This document shows, in pieces, positions 1 to 9,642 of a stretch of DNA of 64,000 bases (within the stretch, counting starts at the first letter, position 1; every line of letters begins with the position of its first letter). The notes beneath the pieces were generated by a model. The model made no database searches and was not told the DNA's origin. It worked only from the letters and a program-made list of their open reading frames with translations. The translations under genes and the position numbers were made by a program. This stretch comes from a virus: the IMG/VR virus record IMGVR_UViG_3300027788_000010, positions 1-64,000 of that record, one strand, 5' to 3'.

Positions 1-688
1 TTCTGTTACACAACTTATTGGGAAATATAAACAACCTTTCGATAGTGATTATTGGTCCGAAAAGAAAGCTAAAGAACGAGGTATTTTAAAGGAGGAAATC
101 CTTAAAGAGTGGAAGTATAAAGCTGATTTTTCCACACAGAAAGGTTCAGCGTTTCACGCCTTTGCTGAAAATTATTTATTTAATAAAGTATTTCCATTCC
201 CAGAAGAAGAAATGACTGAAGTTTTAGGTGGTACAGAAAACATGTTAGAGTGTAGAGCCGCTGTTAAAACTATTATAGAGTTGTTTAAGAAATTTTACGA
301 CGATTCTTATGGTAAACTAATACCTGTTAGAGCTGAGGTTGTTGTGGGTGATGAAGAGTTGGGTTTATGTGGTATGATTGACCAATTGTTTTGGAATGAG
401 AAGTCTGGTAAATTAGAGATTTGGGATTGGAAGACAAACAAGAAGATAGATGATAAAAATAAATGGCAACAATTTAAAGACCCTATAGGTCATTTAGATG
501 TTTGTGAACTTAATACCTACTCTTTACAACTTGCAACATACAAACGTATAGTCGAAAGAAACACCAACCTTAAACTAGGCAATTCTTATATTGTTTGGGT
601 TAATGAGAAAAATGACAAATATGAGGTTTTTAAGTGTCACGATTTTGATGATGAGGTTACTAATTTATTATCTGAGTGTGATTTGTGA
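1..688 (+). CDS. PD-(D/E)XK exonuclease (phage RecB/Cas4-like family), 5' truncated at the window edge
   Basis: The frame is open from base 2 (SVTQLIGKYKQPFD...KGSAFHAFAE) into the listed 212..688 ORF. Motifs E...GMIDQL...IWDWKT and Y-SLQL-x-Y are typical of this nuclease family. Confidence 0.8.
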   Translation, partial: SVTQLIGKYKQPFDSDYWSEKKAKERGILKEEILKEWKYKADFSTQKGSAFHAFAENYLFNKVFPFPEEEMTEVLGGTENMLECRAAVKTIIELFKKFYDDSYGKLIPVRAEVVVGDEELGLCGMIDQLFWNEKSGKLEIWDWKTNKKIDDKNKWQQFKDPIGHLDVCELNTYSLQLATYKRIVERNTNLKLGNSYIVWVNEKNDKYEVFKCHDFDDEVTNLLSECDL

Positions 689-1582
689 TAACCCATCTAC
701 CCCACCTAACTCAGCAACGTCCTTATCTTTATGTATCTTTATCAACCTAACCCTATTACTTAACCTACCACCATCTAATTTTCTGTAAATTTGTTGTGCG
801 TCCTCCCAAGCGTCACCATCTAAACAAATAACGATATTAGATTTACATTTATCATATAGTTTTTCCCATAATTTTTCAGATAGGATTTTACCTAGTATTG
901 GTATTGAGTTGTTTATAAAAAACATGTCGAACACCCCCTCAACCAAATAAACATCAGCTTTCCAATTTATTTTAGATTCATTGAATATTATTTCTTCTTT
1001 GGGTGATTCTGGATTCTTATACTTCATCCTTTGATTTGTATATGAGCGAGCTACAAAATAATTAATATTTTTTTTTTCATCAAATGATGGTACAATTACC
1101 CTTCCCCTATATGGACCCTGTGTTGTATAACCAATAGAATATTTTAATATAATATCTTCACTTATATTTCTCCTATATAAGTAATTAAAAGCCTCTTTAT
1201 ATGGTATGGTTAATTGGTTGCCCTCCTCAAACGAAATAAACTCTTTTGGTAGTTCTAGTTTTTTATATTTTTTCGTTTTAGGTTTAAACTCTTCTGGTGA
1301 AATTAAGTTCCAAGTTTTTCTATGTTGTTTATTACCCCATTTAAAAAATAGTTTATTTAGTGAACCATGAGTTTCGTGCGTCTCACTACAAGCCCAACAT
1401 TTATACACACCTTTTAAATAATTAACCTCTAAATTACCTTTCCCATCTAAACTGTCTAAGCTTTTTATTTCGTAGGAGCAGGTTGGGCAATCAAAAGATA
1501 TTTGTCCTTTTTCTGAATAGTGGCTGTTAGTATCACCTAAAACACTATTAAGTAAATCTACAATTAAGTCGGTTTCCTTCAT
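668..1582 (-). CDS. DNA primase (Zn finger plus TOPRIM)
   Basis: Zn finger CPTC...CWAC; YLxxRNI; GRVIVPS..YFVARS; KYKNP; TOPRIM VEGVFD and LDGDA; C-terminal KD. Confidence 0.9.
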   Translation of the reverse strand: MKETDLIVDLLNSVLGDTNSHYSEKGQISFDCPTCSYEIKSLDSLDGKGNLEVNYLKGVYKCWACSETHETHGSLNKLFFKWGNKQHRKTWNLISPEEFKPKTKKYKKLELPKEFISFEEGNQLTIPYKEAFNYLYRRNISEDIILKYSIGYTTQGPYRGRVIVPSFDEKKNINYFVARSYTNQRMKYKNPESPKEEIIFNESKINWKADVYLVEGVFDMFFINNSIPILGKILSEKLWEKLYDKCKSNIVICLDGDAWEDAQQIYRKLDGGRLSNRVRLIKIHKDKDVAELGGVDGLSQITLR

Positions 1583-1587
1583 GTGTA

Positions 1588-1617
1588 TAAGTTAAGTAAT
1601 TTAAATCAGATGTTCAA
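1588..1617 (-). promoter_or_regulatory. Candidate host-type promoter upstream of the primase
   Basis: Minus strand reads TTGAAC-N17-TAACTT, with the same spacing as the SSB promoter at 43648-43676. Confidence 0.35.
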
Positions 1618-1619
1618 TC

Positions 1620-2219
1620 CTAAGACCAAATACCTTCTTTGTTCATATGACCCAAAACACAAGTGTAAGCGTCTGTCATATCAAAGTTTTCTTTCCTAAG
1701 TGTATTGTTTCTAGTGTATGTCCACGATATGTGGGGTTGTTGGTCTGAAACTTTTTTCCATATAATTTGTTTCTTATCACAACCTTTTTCATACCCACCA
1801 AATAATACTTTCTTACCTTTTTTGTTTTGAGAGTATAATTCTTTAAACGCGTATTTCCTAGAGTCGTAGGTTGAAATATACGTGGGGACTACCCCTAACA
1901 CATCATAACATATTTTGGATATCATCCCGTTAAACCTAAGTAATGTCCCTACCGTATTTACATTATTACTTCTTAGTAGTGGTTCCTCTATTATAACTTT
2001 CACAATACCAACACCAACATACTTTTTAACCACATCACTAAAAGCCGAGGCCTTTAATAATAGTTGTTCTATTTTATTGTCTGGTATTGGTTTTATTTTG
2101 GGTGAGAAATGAGTCAGTTCTAATAATTCTTTTGACGAATAATCAAATAATGCCCACCCTATAGTTTTTGTTGATACGTCTAACCCTAAAACTTTAGGTG
2201 AATTTTTAATTTTTTCCAT
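1620..2219 (-). CDS. RuvC-like Holliday junction resolvase
   Basis: VLGLDVSTKTIGWA (RNase H-fold beta-1 Asp), IIEEP, DKKQI and DMTDAY give the RuvC catalytic pattern. Confidence 0.85.
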   Translation of the reverse strand: MEKIKNSPKVLGLDVSTKTIGWALFDYSSKELLELTHFSPKIKPIPDNKIEQLLLKASAFSDVVKKYVGVGIVKVIIEEPLLRSNNVNTVGTLLRFNGMISKICYDVLGVVPTYISTYDSRKYAFKELYSQNKKGKKVLFGGYEKGCDKKQIIWKKVSDQQPHISWTYTRNNTLRKENFDMTDAYTCVLGHMNKEGIWS

Positions 2220-2230
2220 ACTTTAAATAT

Positions 2231-3442
2231 CTAATACTTAAACTTTAAAGTAAATATTTGAGTTGAGTTTGCTGGTTTTGCAACTGGCCTATCTGGTTTT
2301 GCTATAGCTAATAGATTGTCTTGTGAATCGAATAAACCAACTTCAGTAATGTAAGCACTATAGTCTTGAGACCCACCGGTTAACGAATAGACACCATTAG
2401 CTACAGTAAGAGCCCCACCCGCACCATTATCAATCTCTGGTGAAGCTGTAACATTCTCAGTCGAATAAAACTCACCATCATTAGCTGTGCACTCAACACT
2501 TAAAACCCATTCTTTTTCAAAGGTAAAAAACTCACACCTAGCAGATGTGGAAGCTGTAAAAGTAGTTTCTGTCATCGCTGTTGCGGCTCCAGTTCCACCA
2601 GCTTGTGACCCATATGGGTATCCGGTAGCACCACTGGAAGTACCGGAATAGTAAAACCATTTTACTATATCTGGGTCTGTTATAACACAAAACCCTTTAT
2701 CTAAGTAAGCTATCCCTATAGGTTTATCACCACCACTACCTAAGGTTACTTGTGGTTTTCTATTTGAGTTGTTCACATCCATATTGTAAAACTTAGTATT
2801 ACCGTCAGTATACCCAACTGGAGAATCTGAAGGTGTTGTAGACCCCGCATTGTCCCATTCAGTCGGATATCCAGCACTCCAACTTGTACAACAACTGTCA
2901 ACTGGTAATGTAAATGTACCACCATTGTTAGTTGCTTTATCACTAAATAAAAAGGCTACATTTGTACTTGGTTTTCCCACGTCAGCTGTACCAGGGTTAA
3001 CACTATGCCCAAACCCAGCGGCGTAAGCATGGTTATCTGAAGACCAGTTTGCTGGGTTAATATAACTACTATATATGTCTATCATTTGGTATGTACCATT
3101 TGTTGTGTGAGCTGTTGGGAGTATGAGGTGTATACTTCTACCATCAATTAACTCACCATATGTATTTTTACCAATATTAATCACTAGAGCATCACTTTGG
3201 TTTAGTCCACTAAAATACGAATCTGTGGGTATGTTAGGCCAAGTTGTTCCACTCATATTAGTGACGGGTAACTTAAAAGAACTATACATATTAGAGAATT
3301 GTCTACCGTTTGATGGGTCTCTTTGTATTCTTGTAAATGTTAGGTTGGTACCACTTATAGCGTGATACCCATTACCACTAAATGGGAGTACATCATTTGT
3401 TATGGTTTTTTGTATGGTTTGTATATTTTTAAATATTGGCAT
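2231..3442 (-). CDS. Virion structural protein with a C-terminal tail-collar/fibre-anchor-like (DUF3751-like) motif
   Basis: C-terminus YITEVGLFDSQDNLLAIAKPDRPVAK is shared with 6995..9604. The body is Ser/Thr/Gly-rich. Confidence 0.6.
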   Translation of the reverse strand: MPIFKNIQTIQKTITNDVLPFSGNGYHAISGTNLTFTRIQRDPSNGRQFSNMYSSFKLPVTNMSGTTWPNIPTDSYFSGLNQSDALVINIGKNTYGELIDGRSIHLILPTAHTTNGTYQMIDIYSSYINPANWSSDNHAYAAGFGHSVNPGTADVGKPSTNVAFLFSDKATNNGGTFTLPVDSCCTSWSAGYPTEWDNAGSTTPSDSPVGYTDGNTKFYNMDVNNSNRKPQVTLGSGGDKPIGIAYLDKGFCVITDPDIVKWFYYSGTSSGATGYPYGSQAGGTGAATAMTETTFTASTSARCEFFTFEKEWVLSVECTANDGEFYSTENVTASPEIDNGAGGALTVANGVYSLTGGSQDYSAYITEVGLFDSQDNLLAIAKPDRPVAKPANSTQIFTLKFKY

Positions 3443-3444
3443 GG

Positions 3445-3843
3445 TTAACAGAATTTATCTACGTTAGGATTATTTTCATTTATATATCTTAGTGTGTCTC
3501 TACCGGCAAATGATAAGCCTAGTATTGTTTGTGGGTTAGATTGTACTTGTTGTGTTTTCATATAACTTTGGTCATTATCTAATATCCCTTGGGTAAGTAC
3601 GAAAAACAACTTACTATGTGGTAATTCATTTTCATATAGTGAAGTATAATTACCACTTTGTTTAGTACACAACCTTTCACCAGCATAATTACCTACAGTA
3701 TTAACACTATTACCAAGAAACTCAGTATCATCTTTATAGGGGTAGGGGGTTACATGGACCAATGGAAGTGGTGTGTTAATATTGTGAGTCAATGGTGCGT
3801 TATCTAAAAATTGTTGGAAATAGTTTTGTGAGTTTAAAGCCAT
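3445..3843 (-). CDS. Hypothetical protein in the structural operon
   Basis: 132-aa ORF tightly packed between structural genes. No motif recognised. Confidence 0.6.
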   Translation of the reverse strand: MALNSQNYFQQFLDNAPLTHNINTPLPLVHVTPYPYKDDTEFLGNSVNTVGNYAGERLCTKQSGNYTSLYENELPHSKLFFVLTQGILDNDQSYMKTQQVQSNPQTILGLSFAGRDTLRYINENNPNVDKFC

Positions 3844-3852
3844 TTTAATTTA

Positions 3853-5949
3853 TTATATTACTTCTGTTCCTCCAGCTAATACTTTTCTAAATATTCTCTT
3901 TCCGGTTAATGTACCATCGTTAGATACTTGGGTTGGGTCTGTTGTGTATTCTGTTGGTGTCTCCCCATCTTCACCATAAAATCTAGGTTTTCTATCACCA
4001 TATGTACCACCTACTAAAGCTCTATCGTATATCCTCCAATACGGTATGTTAGGTTGGCTACTATTAAAGTTGCTGTACCCCGAATACCCAATGCTCTGTT
4101 TAGCTGCAAGTTTATTATATACAAAATTCACAGTACACGTAGCTGGTAAAGCTGATGAGTTATCTGATGAGTACACAGTAAATGAAACTGGTATTCTAAT
4201 GTTAAACTCATCTATCTCCTCAACACCACTTGTTTTAGCACTATATTGTTCTGTTATTGTTGGGTACGATTTGTTACCCACACTATAGTTTGTTTGTATA
4301 GCTTTGAAGAACTCATCACCAGAACTCATCATCCTAGTAAACCAATTATAATAATGGTTACCAGTTTGGACATCTTGTCCGGTAATACCAAACATTGCAC
4401 TAACAGAAGGTTCTGTACCACCTTGAGCCCCTTGGTTATTATCCAATATATTCGTATATTCAAAATTTGTACCCAAAAGTGCGAACGTATCCATCTCATG
4501 GTCCGTGTATGTACTCTGATGATAATTTTTAACTTCTAGAGAAGAAGCCCATGATTTATCGGAGTAAGATAATGTTTTTTGAATTTTTTGAGCTCTAGTA
4601 CTTTTAATTGGGTAATAGAAGTTGGCGTATCCTATTTTTTTTGATAGTATGTTATCAAATCTACCTTTACCTGACGCGTCATCAGAATCCGAAGGCCCAC
4701 CCATACCTTTAATAACTGGTGTGTCTAGTGGTACTGACCAACCAAATTTTAATGAAGGTAATACATTCTTAATTTTACCATATGTTGCCGACTTTATTTC
4801 TGAGTTATTTTCAAAACCAGCTACTGGTACAGATTTTATTTTTCCTGTTATTGTGTAATCCATAGATTGCATATTTTCAAATTCTACTGGATGCACAAAA
4901 CCTAAAAAGTATTTTTTTGTGTCGTAGTTGACATCACTACTGTATGGTGCGAATATTTTTTGATATTTTGGGAAGTAGTCGGTTTGTGTACCCCATTTAG
5001 TGTCTGGTCCTAAATTTAGGTATCCAAATTCTGTGGTTGTAAAACCTATACCAGCAGGACCACACCCCTTTTTATCCTGGTTTGATGAAAAAGCTAATGT
5101 GAATGGTGAAATTGACATTGCTCCATTATTACCTTGTATCTCTTTCATTAAACCATTTTCACTATATTTCTGTAAAGTATTATAGTTAAGTGACGTATCA
5201 TTACATGTGTTGGTTTTTAAAGCTAATCTACCCGATAAGGCAGCGGCATTATTCATGTATGTTTGACTTGGTGACGTAATATAGACATTTTCGTTTACTT
5301 TACCATAATTAGGGTAATTAACTTTAATCTCATCCCAGAAATCTAAGAATTGTCCTCTATGTTTATTCTGTACCAACTCTAACGCTGTTTTTATTGTGGC
5401 TTCATTAAAGGAACCACTATTTATTTGTGAAGTAGCACTAAAAGACTTTAAGAAAGCTTGTTGTTGTTCAGATACGGTTGAGTCTCCGTCAGATGTTAAA
5501 TTTTTAAATAATAAGGTATTATCCTCAGCGTATATTAATGAAAGTAGTTTACATAAAGCGTAATAGTCATGTATGTAAACATCCACATTAACATCAGAAT
5601 AATAAGTTTTAACACCGTTCATATCTTTATCTATACCAATCACCACTTGTGCATCACCTTGACCTGGGTCTATAAATTCTGCTGTTTGGTGTATATATGA
5701 CGAACATTTAAACCCATCATTCACACCATTAGAACAATTTAGGTGGTTACCACTAATATCTGGTATTAGACCTCCTTGAGATATCGTGGTGTGTCCTGTA
5801 CTGATGGGTTGTCTGTAATCTATATCTATGTCTGATAGACTAAATTTAGAAATCCTTGATTGCAAATCGCCAGTTAAGACAACACCCCTACCATAGTTTG
5901 TGAGTTGTACGTCTAAATATACTGAAGATGCTGATGTTATAAATGCCAT
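3853..5949 (-). CDS. Putative structural protein (LTxxGR N-terminal paralog family)
   Basis: N-terminus MAFI...VQLTNYGR...ISKFSLSDIDIDY matches 6008..6994 and 6995..9604. Confidence 0.6.
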   Translation of the reverse strand: MAFITSASSVYLDVQLTNYGRGVVLTGDLQSRISKFSLSDIDIDYRQPISTGHTTISQGGLIPDISGNHLNCSNGVNDGFKCSSYIHQTAEFIDPGQGDAQVVIGIDKDMNGVKTYYSDVNVDVYIHDYYALCKLLSLIYAEDNTLLFKNLTSDGDSTVSEQQQAFLKSFSATSQINSGSFNEATIKTALELVQNKHRGQFLDFWDEIKVNYPNYGKVNENVYITSPSQTYMNNAAALSGRLALKTNTCNDTSLNYNTLQKYSENGLMKEIQGNNGAMSISPFTLAFSSNQDKKGCGPAGIGFTTTEFGYLNLGPDTKWGTQTDYFPKYQKIFAPYSSDVNYDTKKYFLGFVHPVEFENMQSMDYTITGKIKSVPVAGFENNSEIKSATYGKIKNVLPSLKFGWSVPLDTPVIKGMGGPSDSDDASGKGRFDNILSKKIGYANFYYPIKSTRAQKIQKTLSYSDKSWASSLEVKNYHQSTYTDHEMDTFALLGTNFEYTNILDNNQGAQGGTEPSVSAMFGITGQDVQTGNHYYNWFTRMMSSGDEFFKAIQTNYSVGNKSYPTITEQYSAKTSGVEEIDEFNIRIPVSFTVYSSDNSSALPATCTVNFVYNKLAAKQSIGYSGYSNFNSSQPNIPYWRIYDRALVGGTYGDRKPRFYGEDGETPTEYTTDPTQVSNDGTLTGKRIFRKVLAGGTEVI

Positions 5950-6007
5950 ATTTTATGTTCTTATTATATAATTATTATAGTTATTAGTTTTATTTAGTAA
6001 ATAAAGT

Positions 6008-6994
6008 TTAATATCTTCTACCACTAGAACCACCGCCAGTACGTGTCCTAGTATTAGTTTTTTTATTGGTTAAATTGTCTTTAGTTGTTAATTTTTTAGA
6101 CTTTATATTTATACGTTTACGTATTCCTAACTCTTCACACTTTTTCCTATTTTTATCGGTGGATTTATATCTTGTTTTGTCGAATGGACAAACAAACGTA
6201 TCTTTACTTTCTGTATTTGTATTATAACCACCACACTCACACGACAAAGAATCTAACATTCTTTTAGTTGTAGTCCTTTCCATACGTGAAGTAAATTTTT
6301 TATTAGTGTCCCCCATTTCAGATATCCCCTTACCATAACAACTAATCACCCAACAAAAGTCATCACAATTTATATCACCTTCACCAGTAAAATCACCGAC
6401 TTTATAATTGTCGTCAGGGTAATTCCTCGGGTTTTTAGTGTAATTATACATTTGTATAACGTCTCTATACGTTGGGTACCCCGGTCTTATACCGTCACTA
6501 ACTATCTCATCATTATATAACCCAAATTGACTACACTTACACCCATATTCGTTTAACCCTAAATTAGTACTATTATAACCTTTCTTAAAACAATACTTAG
6601 GTTCTAAATCTTCATTTAACGTATACCAAAGATACCCACTTGGTTTTGGGTTAAATAGGATTGACGAGCCATTAGTATATGGACCTTGTAAAACCGCCAT
6701 ATTACACACCTCAACACCAACCCTACCTCTAACGTCTGGGTAATTATAAAAACATTCACCTGAAAGTGATTCTATCTTATTGTTAAATAAACTAGATTGG
6801 TCATAACATGGACCATAACTTTGTGTTTTGCTATCACCACTAAACCTTCTATAGTCAATGTCAGAATCTTTTAATCCAAACTTAACTATCTGACTTAATA
6901 AATCTCCACCAGAATTACCTACTAGTATTGATTTACCATAGTCTGTTAGGTTAAGTTCTAACGTATTTGTATTTCCGGTATTTATAAACCCCAT
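6008..6994 (-). CDS. Putative structural protein (same paralog family), Cys-rich, with a dockerin/EF-hand-like motif and a basic tail
   Basis: MGFI...LNLTDYGK...IVKFGLKDSDIDY; GDFTGEGDINCDDF; Lys/Arg-rich C-terminus. Confidence 0.55.
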   Translation of the reverse strand: MGFINTGNTNTLELNLTDYGKSILVGNSGGDLLSQIVKFGLKDSDIDYRRFSGDSKTQSYGPCYDQSSLFNNKIESLSGECFYNYPDVRGRVGVEVCNMAVLQGPYTNGSSILFNPKPSGYLWYTLNEDLEPKYCFKKGYNSTNLGLNEYGCKCSQFGLYNDEIVSDGIRPGYPTYRDVIQMYNYTKNPRNYPDDNYKVGDFTGEGDINCDDFCWVISCYGKGISEMGDTNKKFTSRMERTTTKRMLDSLSCECGGYNTNTESKDTFVCPFDKTRYKSTDKNRKKCEELGIRKRINIKSKKLTTKDNLTNKKTNTRTRTGGGSSGRRY

Positions 6995-9604
6995 TTAAAA
7001 ATCTAATTTTAAAACAAATTGTTCTGAACCTTGTCTTTTATGTGGACTCTGGAATTTAGCTATAGCCATTAAATCTGGGTTACCATCTTTATTGTCGAAT
7101 AAACCAACTTCAGTAACATAAATATTATTAGGGTAGGCCCCATTATTAATGTAATAGTCCTCGTAAGTTGGGTTTAGTGAATTGTTTTGACCTATCACAC
7201 CCCCACCAAATTGTGTTGACGACACATTAATATTATATTTCATTTCATATATTGTGGCCATAATGTCTGTTTGTAAAGCTCCGTTAAAAAAATATTCATC
7301 ACCAAATTGTAATTGTTGTGGTCCAGTCAAAATAGCCGAACTAGCTGTGGTACTAGCGGATGGTATGGTTATATAGTCATTTAAACTATATGTGGTCCCT
7401 GTAGCCATATTTGCCGCTGTAAGGTAGAATTGGGTGGACCCACTAGTTAACTGACAACCACTAAATGGTATTTTGTTACTTTGGGTGAACTCACTAGCAG
7501 CACCACCAACTTGTTCTGTTGCGTTTACTTTTTTCCATAAATTAGGACTCGGGTCTTCACCTGGTTGTGTTACTTGATATAGTAGGTGGATTTTATTTGC
7601 GTGCCACCCTGTACCACCAGACATATTGTGGAACCCAGTTAAATCAAAAGGTCTTAGGTATGGGAATTCTTCACCAAACTCAACCTTTAAATCTACATTT
7701 TGGCTAAACATTTCATTTTTAACTTCAGTGTAGTAGTTACAGTGTAACCCAGTAGTTAACCCACTATTACTCTCCATTAAGTAGGTTAAGTAGATACTTT
7801 CTTCAACTGCGTTGTTTTGAAATACTCCTAGACTAGAATTTAACCCACCATCACAACCTGTACCAGCGGGCACTTTACTAACTCTAGGTGCTGGAAGTGT
7901 CCAACTCCTATTGGATTTATAAGACATGGATGCAACTAACTCTTCATCATGAATTGTAATTAATTGTAAATCTGGGAACACCTTTCCTACTGGGTTAGGT
8001 CCAACGCTTGTAGTCCCTAAGGATGTAAATGTTGGTCCAGAATTATCATCATATAAGTAATAATATCTAAGACCATCATCATTCATATTATTATTAACAC
8101 TTGACGACATCACAAATGGTTGTGATGGGAATACATTATAACCAGGGGGGTCGACATAGAAACATTGTCCGTATTCTGTAGCTCCCGCACAAGTAGTTTG
8201 TTGTGCACCAACATATTTTTTATGCCACATTAAGTTAGGCATACATATTCTAAAATTCTTTGACATTCCTATATCTGGAGCAGTTGTAGCGTTGGTTTGC
8301 ATCGCAAACTTTTCACCATAAAAATTAGATATTGTTTGGTTTGTGTAGTGTAGTATAGCTATCGCTTTTTGTCTTTTAGGGGTTACTGTTCTAATTTGTT
8401 TGTAGGAGTCGTAGTACCAAGAAGAACTTTGTTCTGAAGAGTAAACACTATCAACCACATACCCACTATCAACCTGGCCGTTATTTGAATTATACCCCAA
8501 ATATTCTTTGGTCCCACAATACCCTGAAGAACCATAAAAATCATAAGTTTCAAACCCTTCACCAATACGAGAATCTAAAACACCAGCAACTTGTTCAGTC
8601 CAATTTATATTCATATTCCAAACTTTAACATCCTTCACCGAAACATCACAATTATTTTCAAACGATAACGAACCTGGAGACCAATATGGGATAGGGCTGG
8701 ATGCTCCATACCAAGTTAACATTGGGTTGGTTGATGCTGCTGAGTATGTTCCACCAGTAACACTAGGAAATACTTTAACACAAGCACCCACCCTAGAATT
8801 TGTGGCTCCTGTATAATTTTTTATATTAATAATACTATCACCTGAAAAATTACCGAAATTGGGTAATGCTCGGTCCACACTATAATATAATGGTTTTACT
8901 GTTGAACCAGACCAACTACTACCGGTCCTACCAGATACTTGGTTTCCCCCTATTATTTGATAGAATAACATGGCTGAGGATGCTGTACATGGAACATTAA
9001 AACAATCCGTAGTACCTGTGGAACCACTATTAAAGTGGTACGTAATACCTAAAACATCGCCAATTATTGGTGTGTATCCTGGGATACTACCGGGACCACC
9101 TGAAAAAGCCTGGTTCTGGAATGTGTTAGCTGACAACAATTCTATTTGGCTACCCCCTGTCATAGCAGAAACAGCATAAAAGAAATTAGCGTTTAGTGTG
9201 TACGCAGAACTTGTAAAGGCTGAAAAACCACAAGTCGTACCAGTATTCCCACTATAGAAACCTCTTTGCGAAGCTCTATTAAATATATCTTGGTATGTGT
9301 GTGCCGCTTGTGCCGCCCCAAAAGTTTGGTCTGTGGACGTTTGGGCCATTGGTATTGGGTACTTCACATGTGATTTATTTTTTTCGGGTATGGGATTTAA
9401 ATTTTGTGCGTTATATTTAGATTGTATAATGTTAATACCACTAGATTTACCAGGTAATGTACTATAACAACCGTAACAATACTCACTGTCCCCTAATTGG
9501 AATAGTTCTATGTTTAGTTTTCCTTGTGATAGTTTTTTCCTACCGGCATCCGTAAGTTTTACGGAGATTACACCCTGTGTTGTGTCTTTTAATATATAAC
9601 TCAT
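6995..9604 (-). CDS. Virion structural protein carrying both halves of the DUF3751-like motif
   Basis: N-terminal VKLTDAGRKKLSQG...FQLGDSEYCY and C-terminal YVTEVGLFD...LMAIAKF flank a long Ser/Thr/Gly-rich insert. Confidence 0.6.
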   Translation of the reverse strand: MSYILKDTTQGVISVKLTDAGRKKLSQGKLNIELFQLGDSEYCYGCYSTLPGKSSGINIIQSKYNAQNLNPIPEKNKSHVKYPIPMAQTSTDQTFGAAQAAHTYQDIFNRASQRGFYSGNTGTTCGFSAFTSSAYTLNANFFYAVSAMTGGSQIELLSANTFQNQAFSGGPGSIPGYTPIIGDVLGITYHFNSGSTGTTDCFNVPCTASSAMLFYQIIGGNQVSGRTGSSWSGSTVKPLYYSVDRALPNFGNFSGDSIINIKNYTGATNSRVGACVKVFPSVTGGTYSAASTNPMLTWYGASSPIPYWSPGSLSFENNCDVSVKDVKVWNMNINWTEQVAGVLDSRIGEGFETYDFYGSSGYCGTKEYLGYNSNNGQVDSGYVVDSVYSSEQSSSWYYDSYKQIRTVTPKRQKAIAILHYTNQTISNFYGEKFAMQTNATTAPDIGMSKNFRICMPNLMWHKKYVGAQQTTCAGATEYGQCFYVDPPGYNVFPSQPFVMSSSVNNNMNDDGLRYYYLYDDNSGPTFTSLGTTSVGPNPVGKVFPDLQLITIHDEELVASMSYKSNRSWTLPAPRVSKVPAGTGCDGGLNSSLGVFQNNAVEESIYLTYLMESNSGLTTGLHCNYYTEVKNEMFSQNVDLKVEFGEEFPYLRPFDLTGFHNMSGGTGWHANKIHLLYQVTQPGEDPSPNLWKKVNATEQVGGAASEFTQSNKIPFSGCQLTSGSTQFYLTAANMATGTTYSLNDYITIPSASTTASSAILTGPQQLQFGDEYFFNGALQTDIMATIYEMKYNINVSSTQFGGGVIGQNNSLNPTYEDYYINNGAYPNNIYVTEVGLFDNKDGNPDLMAIAKFQSPHKRQGSEQFVLKLDF

Positions 9605-9620
9605 ATCTTTTTTCTTTTAT

Positions 9621-9628
9621 TATAAATA
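9621..9628 (-). promoter_or_regulatory. Putative phage late-promoter motif TATTTATA
   Basis: Exact motif 16 nt upstream of the ATG at 9604. It recurs before many genes (see findings). Confidence 0.5.
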
Positions 9629-9642
9629 TTATTTTATATTTT

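Noticed and set aside
1-688. Cas4-like nuclease as a sign of a CRISPR-Cas system
   Set aside because: No repeat-spacer array or other cas genes are present, and there is no four-Cys Fe-S pattern. Stand-alone PD-(D/E)XK nucleases are common in phages.
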